Positions 36,384 through 49,219 of a DNA stretch of 64,000 nucleotides are shown piece by piece. The stretch lies in assembly GCA_964016885.1 (NCBI GenBank), contig OZ024742.1, forward strand, positions 228,036,001-228,100,000. Reading direction: 5' to 3'. Source of the stretch: Eledone cirrhosa. Taxonomy: Eukaryota. The number at the start of each line of letters is the position of its first letter. Positions within the stretch are counted from its first letter, which is position 1. The position numbers and the translations under genes are program-made. The notes under the pieces are model-generated. The model saw only the letters and a list, made by a program, of their open reading frames with translations, made no database searches and had not been told where the DNA came from.

Positions 36384-39300
36384 ATCATCATCATCATCAA
36401 CATTTAACATCCATTTTCCACGCTAGCATGGGTTAGACGAGTTGTCCCATTGTGAGACAAGCCAGGTCTGATGACCAGAACTTTCTCATACAGGAATGGT
36501 TTTCACTTGGTTTCTACGGTTGGGTGCCCTTCCTAACACCAACCACATTTACAGTGTGTGCTGGGTGCTTTTTGTCGTGACACCTATACAACAACTTTAC
36601 AGTGTGTCTGGCCGCTTTTTGTCATGTCACCCTCATGACCACTTTACAATGTGGGCTGGGCACTTTTTGTCATGATACTTACACAACTACTTTACAGTTT
36701 GGACTGGTGGCTTTTTGTCATGACACCTACACGACCACTTTATAGTGTGGGCTGGGTGATTTTTGTCGGGTTATCTATATGACCACTTTACAATGTGGGC
36801 TATGGACTTAAGCGTGGGGGGAAGTAGATCTAGGAGCCTGTGTGAGGGGCCGAGGATTTCTAGGCGAGGGAGGGGAAGTTTTAGGGCATAGGCAGTGCAA
36901 GGGGTGGAGGACGGGCATGGGTGGCAAGGAGAGTTGTTACGACGTGGAGGTGTATGAAATGGGGAAGGAGAAAGGTAATGCATTCAAGATGTATGCTTCA
37001 ATCTGTGCACATGGGAAGTCGGGTCTTCTGTATTACTGCATAATGCCAGAGATCTCGATCCTGTGTCATCACTTTTGAGAGGTGCAATTGTGCAAGGTCA
37101 GCTTTTATCACCTCATCCCAAGTCTTCCTAGGTTTCCTTACTTACACCATAGCTCCCATCAACCTTGAGACCCCTGCACTTTTTTATACAGCTGTCATCC
37201 TTCATACACATCACATATCCATACTAACGCATACTTCCCTCCTGTACACTGTATCTGATACCTCTTATACCCAGTTTTTCTCTCAGTTCATTTATGCTTT
37301 GCCGTTCATGTATATTTCTATTACACATAACTTGAAGCATGCCTGCTTCATTTCTTTCCAATCTTCATAGGTCCTCTGCACACAGTGCCCAGATCTCACT
37401 GCCATGCAACATTGTTGTTTGTATACATACATCTGTAGTGACCTACATTCCGCGGACTCGCATACATTCTCCGTGCTTTATTTGGCTCAGCCCAGCCAAT
37501 GACTGCCAGCGGAGGAGAATGTATTTCTACGCGCCCTGCAGGAAAAATTCCCGCATCGATTCGAGAAATCGCTCTCTTGCTGCTTGACCATGCTAAGGTA
37601 AAGAACACTTATTCTCTTGCTCCGTGAACACAAACAAAAATGTAACGGTGAGATTTGCACTTCGGCCTGCTGGCCTGCCTTGGGCCTAGCACAATGCCAC
37701 ATTCCTTTTGTAACCATTTTATGTTTAACTTCAACCATATAATTTAACAAACATTACTTTGTGCTACAACAAAATAAACATACATTTCATCTCACGAACA
37801 TTCTTCTTGTTGACATTATTATCATGTTACTCGTTGTCGATATGACTAACATATACTTCTATGCTTTCACATGTATTTTCAAAATTATAGCCCGGAGACA
37901 TTTTTTTCTTTCGATACGGCTTTCTGCAATACAAACAAGCAACACACAAACTCACGTGGTGACTCTCAGCTTTTCGGCATATGACTTCGATTCTACAGAA
38001 GATAACTGTGACTTTGCTTTGATAGCAAGAACAACAACTCTACTAGCTTCCTAGTAAGAGCGATCCCAAAGAAATTTTAAGGAAAAGAAAAAGCGAACTT
38101 TTTGTTAAAAAACAATTCTTTCTTTCTTTCCTTTTTACAGGCAATGTTCGGACATTTATTCTTTTAAACCTGTATTATATGAAAATTCATTTTCTTTATC
38201 ATTGTATATATGACTGCACTCACACATTCTTTGCTGTATTACATGCCTGCATAGGCACACATATTTCTTTGACACACACACCAACATGTTGTTGCCTTAG
38301 TAAATGATCTTCAAGCGTTGTAATATTCTGTGCGATCACTTTGTGGAGACACCAAAACATGCTATCGACACATGCAGCTTAATTCACCTACACCGCAATA
38401 CAAGAATGCTAATTGCAGCTGGATTCAAACAGTTCATATCTCGTTGCACACTCATCGTCCTATAGCATAACAACCTCCATCTTATTACTTTACCCAACTC
38501 ACTGGGAAAACAACAAATGGAACTGGACCTGTCAGCGTTTCCACCATTTCTCCTATGGATTCACCAGAATTATGGAATTTACACTTCAACTACTACCCAC
38601 CTACAGATTCAACTTGCCTTTTTTCTTTTCAAAGCAACGAGCCATTGTTTCCTGGCTGCCTAGCACTTCTGGCAATACATCTGGGAGGCCGACATTTTCT
38701 CGCCTACCCTTCACCTTCTTGCCAGCTTTGCTACATTTACCATAACAGCCATAGAGCTCTGGTAAAGCATGAACAGCACCATCATTGACAACACCTACTG
38801 GTAAACTACCATAACAGCTTCATCCACAGCTACTGGTACAACACTTACCATTAACATTTAATCAAGAACAGCAACTTCGTTCATGTCAGACTTTATCCAT
38901 TTTCTGTTAGACCCCAGGTGGTCACGTATAAATAGCAAAACAGCTAGTCATTTGACACAGTGGCTCAACACGGCCCTTAGCGTCTCATTTTTCTTCTTGC
39001 ATGCATTCTTTTGTTCAATTTTTTTCATTGATGTGCTCTTTCAACATTTTTCCTGCTGATTCAATAATAATTATCGTCTGACGACTAGGAAGGGGGTATT
39101 GTAGTGACCTACATTCCGCGGGCTCACATACATTCTCGTTATTTGGCTTAGCCCAGCCAATGACCGCTAGCAGAGGAGAATGTATTTCTACGCGCCCTAC
39201 AGGAAAAATTCCCGCGTCGATTCGAGAAATCGCTCTCTTGCTGCTTGACCATGCTAAGGTAAAGAACACTTATTCTCTTGCTCCGTGAACACAAACAAAA

Positions 39301-40517
39301 ATGTAACGGGGAGATTTGCACTTCGGCCTGCTGGCCTGCCTTGGGCCTGGCACAATGCCACATTCCTTTTGTAACCATTTTATGTTTAACTTCAACCATA
39401 CAATTTAACAAGCATTACTTTGTGCTACAACAAAATAAACATACATTTCATCTCACGAACATTCTTCTTGCTGACATTATTATCATGTTACTCGTTGTCG
39501 ATATGACTAACATATACTTCTCATTTATCATGCAACCAACTGCTTTTCTTTCGCCATGAAATCACTAGCCAAAATGTAACACAACAACATAACCACGGCC
39601 TGGCAACACTCCAGCCAGTAGACCGTGCCTTCTGAATTCTTAATTCGTTTGTTTCATCTCTCTTGGCATGCCAGCTCTACTCAACTCAACCTTTGTTAAT
39701 AAATAACATTAAAACATCGTAAAGTCTTGTGATGCTGTTACCACAGCAATGCCTTTAAATGTGATATGGAAGGATTCCTTCCAGAGGTATTATCACAGCA
39801 GCAACAGAACCTGAGACTTACAGCCTAACCTCAATTCTTTGTTGTGATACATCTACTCTTAAAACCATCCTGTTAAACATCATACAATCTACCTTCATTT
39901 TGAGGGAAAAATCTTTTGTGGTTAGCAGCAGTACCCCAAACTTTCTCCATCCCATTCTCACTCTAACTACAAGAGTTTTGGAACATCCACCTCCACTGCT
40001 AATTTGGTCGCCCAGGTAATGGAAACTATCAACTACTTCTACTGAGCCCTCTGGTTTTTTAAAGGAGTTAGTATCCTGTGGGCTGTTGCTCCTTACTGCA
40101 CCTGTGCAATGACTACATATAAAACCTGCATTCTTTTCTAGCCTACCTGAAATCCCACTACATCTCTTGCGTACACATAGTTTACATTTGGGGCATAAGA
40201 TGGAGTTTCTACCTACTCCTTTCCTGCACACTGAGCAAGGCTATTTCCCTGAGGGAATCTGGGCCCTGTTATCCTTTCTAAATACTAGGACTTTGGTTTT
40301 TGCCAGGTTGACTTTAAGACCTTTTGGAATTTCTTCTCTAGTTCTGCCATAGATTCAGCCATGAGTGTTAGATCATTGGCATACAGAAGCTCCCATGCGC
40401 AGCCAGTCTTAAACTCTTCTGTTATAGCCTGCAGGACGATAATAAACAGGAGAGAGCTAAGAAATGAGCCCTGCTAAAGACCTAACTGCAAGCTAAATTC
40501 TTCACTATAGTCGTTTT

Positions 40518-40520
<3 letters not shown>
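36384..40520 (-). mobile_element. RTE LINE interrupted by an LTR element
   Basis: Tail at 36384. Coding pieces 37110-37433 and 39878-40520 join seamlessly across the insert. Confidence 0.8.
37434..39877 (+). mobile_element. Deleted or non-autonomous LTR retroelement
   Basis: ~425-bp direct repeats starting TGTAGTGACC at 37434 and 39100. Polypurine tract GGAAGGGGG before the second. (A)CATC duplicated at both junctions. No intact gag/pol. Confidence 0.7.
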
Positions 40521-40555
<35 letters not shown>

Positions 40556-41128
40556 GTATATATATGTATATATATATATATATACGTATATATATGTAGT
40601 GTATAGCATAAGATGTACTGAAGGACAATGTAGAAACAAAAATATAGTGTACATAGGTGAGACAGCTCGTAGTATAGGGGAACGAATAAATGAACACTGG
40701 CGAGACCTTCAAGATAATAAAGAATCATCTGTACTCTACCAACATGCTAAAATAGAACACAAGGGTAAATTAGAGAACATAGAAATAAAAATAGAATCTA
40801 CACACAGAAGAGATGCAATGTTTAGACAAATTACAGAGGTAATAAACATAAAAGAATTACAACCAAAATTAAATAGAAAATATGAGTGGAACAGCAACAT
40901 CACAACTTACAATTAAGAAAAATGAAAACACACACACACATAGAACAAACAACCAACCAATAACATGTAAATAAATAAACAAATAAACAAATAGATAAAT
41001 GAACATAAACACACAGACACCCGGATGTGGCGCATGCGCAAACTGAGCACACAACACACACACAGAAACAAAATGGCGTAGGACGGAACAAAGGAGGGGC
41101 ACAGAAACAAACAAAGAAAGGAATCCCC

Positions 41129-41173
41129 AGTCACTGAAGAGGTCACAGAGTGTGTGACGAAAGGACTATGACT
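41129..41173 (+). ncRNA. PLE pseudo-LTR hammerhead (inverted copy)
   Basis: AGUCA-CUGAAGA-G-GUCAC(AGAGUGU)GUGAC-GAAA-GGAC-UA-UGACU. Confidence 0.8.
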
Positions 41174-41399
41174 ATATATAAACAACGATCTGGTTGTGGA
41201 ACCAACCAACCAGAAATTTATAAATTTGTAAATTTATAAATATATAATAAATTGAAGTGAAACAAGTGGTGCGCGTGTTTCATATTGGCAACATGACCCT
41301 CCCAAAGTATAACAATATCGGTTTCAACACACGATTTCAGATAAAGAATCTTGCTAAACAAATTCAGAAACGATATATATATATATATATGTACGTATA

Positions 41400-41810
41400 T
41401 AGGGAGATCCTAGCTAGGGCTAGATCGTATAACGGAAATAAAAGACCATGTGACCTCTGCGCCGCTGAGGCCCTGGAAATACTCTACGCCACAGACCACA
41501 TCTTAAACAAAAAATCCGAGGCAATTTCGGCTTGTAAACATAAATTGCACAAAACTTTCCTGTATTACAGCCCCACATTATACCCTAACGGTTAGTACGA
41601 TTTAATCGTGGATATTTTACGTCTTGATGTGGGAGCTAACGAACGTTTCCACGAACCAAAGAATCGTCTTCCTGTCTTCCTCCGGTTGCAACGTTTTTTG
41701 AAATATCCACTTCTGCGTTTACAGATTGACTTTGTTAGTTTCAGAAGATCCCGTTAAGGGTGAAAGCAGCGATTCTTTGCGTAAAATTTAATCTGTTATT
41801 TTAATAAATA
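41400..41810 (+). pseudogene. 3' end of a second PLE family (mirrored at 42575-42985 on minus)
   Basis: EILARARSY..RPCDLC.AE.LEI..LNKKSE..CKH is a GIY-YIG C-terminus. Degenerate HHR at 41737-41788. Confidence 0.7.
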
Positions 41811-41831
41811 TATATATATATTTATATACGT

Positions 41832-41864
<33 letters not shown>

Positions 41865-42137
41865 CGTACATATATATATATATATATACGTACATATATA
41901 TATATATATATACGTACATATATATATATATATACGTACATATATATATATATATACGTACATATATATATATATATATACGTACATATATATATATATA
42001 TATACGTACATATAAATATATATATACGTACATATAAATATATATATACGTACATATAAATATATATATACGTACATATAAATATATATATACGTACATA
42101 TAAATATATATATACGTACATATATATATATATATAC

Positions 42138-42176
<39 letters not shown>

Positions 42177-42177
42177 C

Positions 42178-42234
<57 letters not shown>

Positions 42235-42242
42235 TGTATATT

Positions 42243-42339
<97 letters not shown>

Positions 42340-42343
42340 GTAT

Positions 42344-42381
<38 letters not shown>

Positions 42382-42494
42382 GTATATATATATATATATG
42401 TACGTATATATATATTTATATGTACGTATATATATATTTATATGTACGTATATATATATATATATGTACGTATATATATATATATATATGTACG

Positions 42495-42527
<33 letters not shown>

Positions 42528-43215
42528 ACGTATATATATATATATATATGAGTACGTATATAAATATATATATATATTTATTAAAATAACAGATTAAATT
42601 TTACGCAAAGAATCGCTGCTTTCACCCTTAACGGGATCTTCTGAAACTAACAAAGTCAATCTGTAAACGCAGAAGTGGATATTTCAAAAAACGTTGCAAC
42701 CGGAGGAAGACAGGAAGACGATACTTTGGTTCGTGGAAACGTTCGTTAGCTCCCACATCAAGACGTAAAATATCCACGATTAAATCGTACTAACCGTTAG
42801 GGTATAATGTGGGGCTGTAATACAGGAAAGTTTTGTGCAATTTATGTTTACAAGCCGAAATTGCCTCGGATTTTTTGTTTAAGATGTGGTCTGTGGCGTA
42901 GAGTATTTCCAGGGCCTCAGCGGCGCAGAGGTCACATGGTCTTTTATTTCCGTTATACGATCTAGCCCTAGCTAGGATCTCCCTATATACGTACATATAT
43001 ATATATATATATCGTTTCTGAATTTGTTTAGCAAGATTCTTTATCTGAAATCGTGTGTTGAAACCGATATTGTTATACTTTGGGAGGGTCATGTTGCCAA
43101 TATGAAACACGCGCACCACTTGTTTCACTTCAATTTATTATATATTTATAAATTTACAAATTTATAAATTTCTGGTTGGTTGGTTGGTTCCACAACCAGA
43201 TCGTTGTTTATATAT

Positions 43216-43260
43216 AGTCATAGTCCTTTCGTCACACACTCTGTGACCTCTTCAGTGACT
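43216..43260 (-). ncRNA. PLE 3' pseudo-LTR hammerhead
   Basis: Same sequence as 41129-41173. Confidence 0.8.
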
Positions 43261-43474
43261 GGGGATTCCTTTCTTTGTTTGTTTCTGTGCCCCTCCTTTG
43301 TTCCGTCCTACGCCATTTTGTTTCTGTGTGTGTGTTGTGTGCTCAGTTTGCGCATGCGCCACATCCGGGTGTCTGTGTGTTTATGTTCATTTATCTATTT
43401 GTTTATTTGTTTATTTATTTACATGTTATTGGTTGGTTGTTTGTTCTATGTGTGTGTGTGTTTTCATTTTGTCC

Positions 43475-46400
43475 TTAATTGTAAGTTGTGATGTTGCTGT
43501 TCCACTCATATTTTCTATTTAATTTTGGTTGTAATTCTTTTATGTTTATTGCCTCTGTAATTTGTCTAAACATTGCATCTCTTCTGTGTGTAGATTCTAT
43601 TTTTATTTCTATGTTCTCTAATTTACCCTTGTGTTCTATTTTAGCATGTTGGTAGAGTACAGATGATTCTTTATTATCTTGAAGGTCTCGCCAGTGTTCA
43701 TTTATTCGTTCCCCTATACTACGAGCTGTCTCACCTATGTACACTATATTTTTGTTTCTACATTGTCCTTCAGTACATCTTATGCTATACACTACATTTC
43801 TAGTTTTACAGTTAATATGGGGGCTTATTTTACAGGTTATACATTTCTTATCTATACATGAGGGTCTTTGAAAAGGGTGTCTTGCTAATAAGTGTTTTTA
43901 CGGAGGTACCTGGTCTTTCTAATATCTTAATATTGAGTTTGTTTATTTAGGGCCCTTCTAAATTTGTAGGCTAATTCGCTTCTAGGGGTTGTATCGATGA
44001 ACATTACACTCTGGTATTTATTGCTTACCATGAGTTTATTCTATTAGCCTTGTTCCTAGTTCTTTCTATTCTATTCCAAAATTTGCTCCTATACAAGGGG
44101 CAGGTCCCATTTATGTCATTATTTACCATTTTTTCCCATTTGGTTCTGGCTCCTCTATACACTCTGATTCTATCTCTCTGATTGTAGCCAGAGAACTGCA
44201 TACGGTGGATGAAGTGTTGTATGTGTCTCTCTAGTTCTTCGGGGTTGCACATGCGGGACACATTTCTCATCACCCGTACCAAATCCGCAATCAGTATGTT
44301 GATTTTGGTATGGTCCGAAATGGCCGAGTTTCGGTGGATCAGATGTTTGGAAGTCATGGGTTTGGCATAATGGGAATGGAGGATTTGTTTTTGGTTGTTA
44401 ATGGTATCTAACCAGAGCTCTGTGTCTAGTACAGGTAATCGATGGTTGGGGTGTCTACTTGGGTAGTCTATAGTAACTCTAATGCTCTGGTGGATGGAGT
44501 TTGCTATTTGCTGGATGCTTTCCATTGTGTTTTTCTCTAGTTCCTGACTGTTCTCTAGTGGGCGTGTCTTAACTACGATGTTTATATCATCTACGTAGCG
44601 GGAGTACATTATCAGGGTTAAGCTGTCTTCTAATTGTTCTTTAAGTTTAAGTTTAAGTCTACTGTCCCACCATACCATGAATAAGTTAGCTATGTCGCCT
44701 GCAATGCTAACACCAATGGCTGCTCCTTCCTCTTGGGCATATGTTTTACCATTAAATTTGAACATATGTTCCTTAAGGGTTAGTTTTATGCTGGCCCCTA
44801 CCGCATGTGCAATCATTTTCTTCAGTTCATCGTGGTTTTCGGGTGTCCGTATGGCTCTGGTCCACCCGTTCCATCTATCTGTGTGGGTTTTCTTGGCCAT
44901 TGAAATAATGGTAGGTGGTCTGCCTCTTGCTGGTCTTGTAGGGCACAGGTTGCTAAGGTCATAAGTGTCTAGGTAACTATTACTATAGGTAAGCTTAAGT
45001 AGAAGTCCCAGCTCACTGGTATCAATCCCACGGAACTCAACCTTGCTCTCACTGATCATTTCTACGCATTTCTCCACAGCAAAATCCACGTCAATAGATG
45101 GATACAGTGACACAAAATCCATACTGCCTATTATGCAGTTTGTTAGGTCCCCAGATCGGTTACTCACGCAGATTCTGCTGAGGAGGTCCTCCGTGCTGTC
45201 ACATACATCTGGGGACATTTCAATGATGGGGCGTATGATCAGGGAGAGGAAGTAGGACAGTCTGTAGTTACTAGCAATGTTAGCTCCACAGACTGGCCGT
45301 GTTGGTGGTCCCGCGACAGGGTCACAGCCCGTTTTATGGTCTTTTCGAAGCCCATACAACGCCGGCACGTCATTGTTCCTGGCCTGGAAGTTGTTGGTAG
45401 TCCTTTTGTTGGGCTGCATTATATTCGTCCACATCACCATATGGGCATTGAGGGCTTTTTCTCTATCCTCATGCTCCTGTGGTGTTACCTCTCTTGTGTT
45501 AGTGATGTGGGGTTGCATTGCCTGGATGTAGTTTGGCAGGCTGTCAACCGACATTCTGCCAGACTTGTCTGTTGGAAAGCATGCTATCTCTCCATTACGT
45601 GAGCGCTGCATGAGCTTACGCAAGCCATTTGCAGATTTTTCTCCCAGTTGCTGGGCCTCCATTCTATTATGCTTCTTGCTATACTGTTCTATAATATTTC
45701 TAAGTTCGGATCTAGCTATACTAAATTGTGCTTCTGTTTGTTCATCGACCTGCGACGGCAATTGCGTGCGTTTGTTAAATGGTAAAGTCATGGCGTGGAC
45801 TCGTCGCAGGTCGAATGATTTATCGGAGGGATTATAAAACGGAGAGTTCCAGGCTGCTGCTTTATGTGTACTAGTGCTATTGTTATTGTTAGTTGTGTTG
45901 TTTCTATTTCTATTTCCACCAACAGCCTCATGGTTGTTTCTATGTCTCTCATAATTACTCCTGTCTCTTTCCACTGGCTCAATGTTGTTATCTACCCTAT
46001 TTTGTGTGTCTGTGTGTTCGTCTTGGTTATTCTCTTTGTCCTTAGTCTCCCTTCTCCTTTTAATCCTATTACTTTCCCTTATTTCTGTGATTTCTGTGCT
46101 ACTGTCATTACTTGTTTTCTGTGTGTGTTTGTTAAGATTGTGGTGGTGGTGAGAGGAATTGAATGCGTGTGTGTTGTTGTCTCCGTGTGTGTTATTGTTG
46201 TTGTGTGTGTTGTTATTGTTGTTTGTGTCTGCGTGTCTGTTGTTGTTGTTTCTGGGTATGTTGTTATTGTTGTTGTTGATGTGTGTGTTGTTGTTATTGT
46301 TGTTTGTGTCTGTGTGTCTGTTGTTGTTGGGATGTGTGTTGTATATGTGTGTGCGTATATTGTTGTTTTTGTTTTTGTTTTTGTTTTTGATGCTCCAGCG

Positions 46401-47120
46401 TAGTTTTGTAAATGATTTTTCTATTTCTGACAGACAACTAATCATATTTACCTTCTTGAATGTCGCAAATTTTGGGGGCAAACACAACACAGACATCTCG
46501 TCATTATCTATTCTTGCGTTCCCATATATATTGGTGTTTTTGTTGTTGAACTCTTCTGTTAATGAGGTGTCGGCCATGTTTATACCGTCAATTTTGTTGG
46601 GATATCTATTGGTATTCTCTATAGTATCCTGATTTAGCTTTATCTGTTTAAGCCACTTTAGTTTCCTGTTAAAGTGCTTATCACATTCTTGAGTAATGTA
46701 CTGTTCTTCAGGGCGTATAAGGCTTATAAATATTAGTTTCTCTCTTGGTGTGGTGATCCTAGCCATTTCTTGTATTAGGTTACGCTTTTGTTTTTCTTGA
46801 TGACTTAATTCTCTATAGATTTTCTTTTTTATGTTTAGAATTAATGTTCGTTTTAGCCTATCTGCTTGTTTTTTGGTGAGTTGTAATCTTCTAACGTCGG
46901 TATTGATGGTGTTGGTGTAGATTCTGGATGAGGCACACTGCTTTATGAAGTGTAGTTGTCGAGATGTTATGGTTTTTCGTAGACAACAGAACATGGTGGT
47001 TTTCAGTATCTTGTTAGCCTGGCTAAGGCTTACGATATTTCGTTTCTGAATTTGTTTAGCAAGATTCTTTATCTGAAATCGTGTGTTGAAACCGATATTG
47101 TTATACTTTGGAAGGGTCAT
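43475..47120 (-). CDS. PLE reverse transcriptase-GIY-YIG ORF (~1216 aa if three small deletions at ~43880-44030 are repaired)
   Basis: TDKSG, LYGLRKDHK, RPVC, SMDFVSLYPSI, GAAIG, RYVDD, LPVLD. Cys-rich linker. VYSIRC..C..YIGETAR..RINEH..RQITEA..LNRK.EW. Confidence 0.9.
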
Positions 47121-47244
47121 GTTGCCAATAAGAAACACACGCACCAGTTGCTTTCACTTCAATTTATTATATATTTATAAATTTACAAATTTATAAATTT
47201 CTGGTTGGTTGGTTGGTTCCATAACCAGATAGTTGTTTATATAT

Positions 47245-47289
47245 AGTCATAGTCCTTTCGTCACACACTCTGTGACCTCTTCAGTGACT
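47245..47289 (-). ncRNA. PLE 5' pseudo-LTR hammerhead
   Basis: Same sequence as 43216-43260. Confidence 0.8.
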
Positions 47290-47724
47290 TTAGAAGGGCC
47301 CTAAATAAACATAAACTCAATATTAAGATAGTAGAAAGACCAGGTACCTCCGTAAAAACACTTATTAGCAAGACATACCCTTTTCAAAGACCCTCATGTA
47401 TAGATAAGAAATGTATAACCTGTAAATGCTCACATACCGTAATTACGGTATGTGCGCATTTCTTCTAAGTTTAATTTTACTACTAATTATGTGCGGGTGA
47501 TGGTATATTTGATCGGATTCTGCATGTTGCCGAAATGTTTGATAAATAGTGGAACGGAGCTGCCGCGAAGAGGCTACGATCAATTGTTTGTCAGAGATTT
47601 CCCCATAAGAAAATTTATTCTTAAAGCTTGCTAGATTTGATTATGTATATGGTTAATTATGCTAATTAGAAGAAGAAATAGTATATATTTTAATATCTGA
47701 TTGATTCTATAGACATGATTTATG

Positions 47725-47761
<37 letters not shown>

Positions 47762-47784
47762 CGTATATATATATATATATGTAC

Positions 47785-47841
<57 letters not shown>

Positions 47842-47844
<3 letters not shown>

Positions 47845-49139
47845 GGTGGGGCATAAAAACTGTTACAAAATAAAATGCAAATAGTTCCTTGAAAAAAACA
47901 TTTATTTCAAGATCCGACTTCAACAAATAGTAAGTAATATACTATTAAACAACGGCACTAAAACTTATTCAAAATGCTTTCCTCTAGCTCTCACTACTGC
48001 TCGAAGACTTCTAGGAAAGTCTTTGATGACTGTACGAACAGTTTCCATGGGTATTTTCTCCCATACATTATTCAGTTTTGAATTTAGAGTTTCAATATTT
48101 TGGCTAGGAGTAGAGCAGACTTCACTCTCAATAATTGACCATAAAAAAAAATCGAGAGGGTTGAGATCTGGGGATGTGAGAGGCCACTCTTCCTTACTGA
48201 TCCATGCAGGACAATTGTCTCTACAACACTGTTGTGTTACGCTAGTGTGGCTCGTCGCTCCATCTTGTTGGAGAGTCTAAATGTTATCGCCATAAACAGA
48301 TATGCACCATGGTATCAGTGCTCCTTCCAAAATATCCTTTATGTAAAGTTCTGTGTTAATTTTAACTCCTTGAGGCACAAAAATCAGAGGAGACTTCCCT
48401 CTTTCAGAAATGGCTGCCCAAACCATCACTCATGCTGGTTTCTGTGTTCTGAACACTTTTCCTACACTTGAAGGAATTGATTTGAGACTTTTTGCAAGTA
48501 CTCCATCATTTTGATGATTGTGAGACTGCTGCACAGTGAATAACTTCTCATCTGTAAAGATGATGTTTTGCAGCGTGCCATCCTTGATACGGTTCAATAA
48601 CAGTTTACTTCTGGAGAGCCTCTTTTCAATTGTGGCTGCAGAAAGAAGCTGCCTCTTTTGAACTTATAAGGTGACATCCCCAGATCATCTCAACATATCC
48701 TCCGCATAGTTCTCGGCGATGTTTCTGCTTCTTCTGCCATTTTCCTCATGGACCTTCTTGGATTACGCCTTATTTTTTCCCTCACACTTTTAACGAGTTT
48801 TGGTGTTCTTGAGGTGCGAGGGCGTCCGGATCGAGGTCTGTCTTTGGTCGAGGAAGTTTCCTTAAATCGGTCGATTGTCCTTTTGATCAACATTCTATTG
48901 ATCTTAAGAGTTTTCCCCAGTTTAAATATCTCGGGTGGAATCAGGCCTTTTTCATCCTTCTCTATTATGAACTTTCTTTTCAATTCTATGGACATTGCAA
49001 ATTGTTAATGGCGTAATGTCCTGAAAAATAGTTAATATGGTTATAGTGCATGGATTTGATACAAATATATTAGTTATATTAGCAACATAATGTATTTTTA
49101 AATTGATTTAAAACTATGTAACAGGTATTATGCCCCACC

Positions 49140-49142
<3 letters not shown>
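47842..49142 (-). mobile_element. Tc1/mariner DNA transposon (maT-like), full length with inactivated transposase at 47965-48995
   Basis: TIRs CAGGGTGGGGCATAA../..TTATGCCCCACCCTG flanked by TA. Motifs RSGRPR, FTDEKLF, MVWAAIS, QQDGA, WP.TSPDLNPLDF. In-frame stops. Confidence 0.93.

Positions 49143-49219
<77 letters not shown>

Larger units (their letters stand above)
40594..43797. repeat. ~3.2-kb palindrome (unique arms 40594-41810 and 42575-43797, TA-rich centre)
   Basis: Mirror ORFs 40599+/43475- and 41257+/42790-. The TACGTACA and TGTACGTA interruptions are mirrored too. Confidence 0.93.
43013..47425 (-). mobile_element. Penelope-like element with pseudo-LTRs and 5' inverted segment
   Basis: Direct repeats 47041-47289 and 43013-43260, each with an HHR. 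RT plus C-terminal GIY-YIG. 47290-47425 is the inverse of ~43829-43960. Confidence 0.93.

Noticed and set aside
43475-47144. Naiad-type selenoprotein PLE
   Set aside because: The endonuclease is C-terminal and the breaks are frameshifts/TAA, not in-frame TGA.
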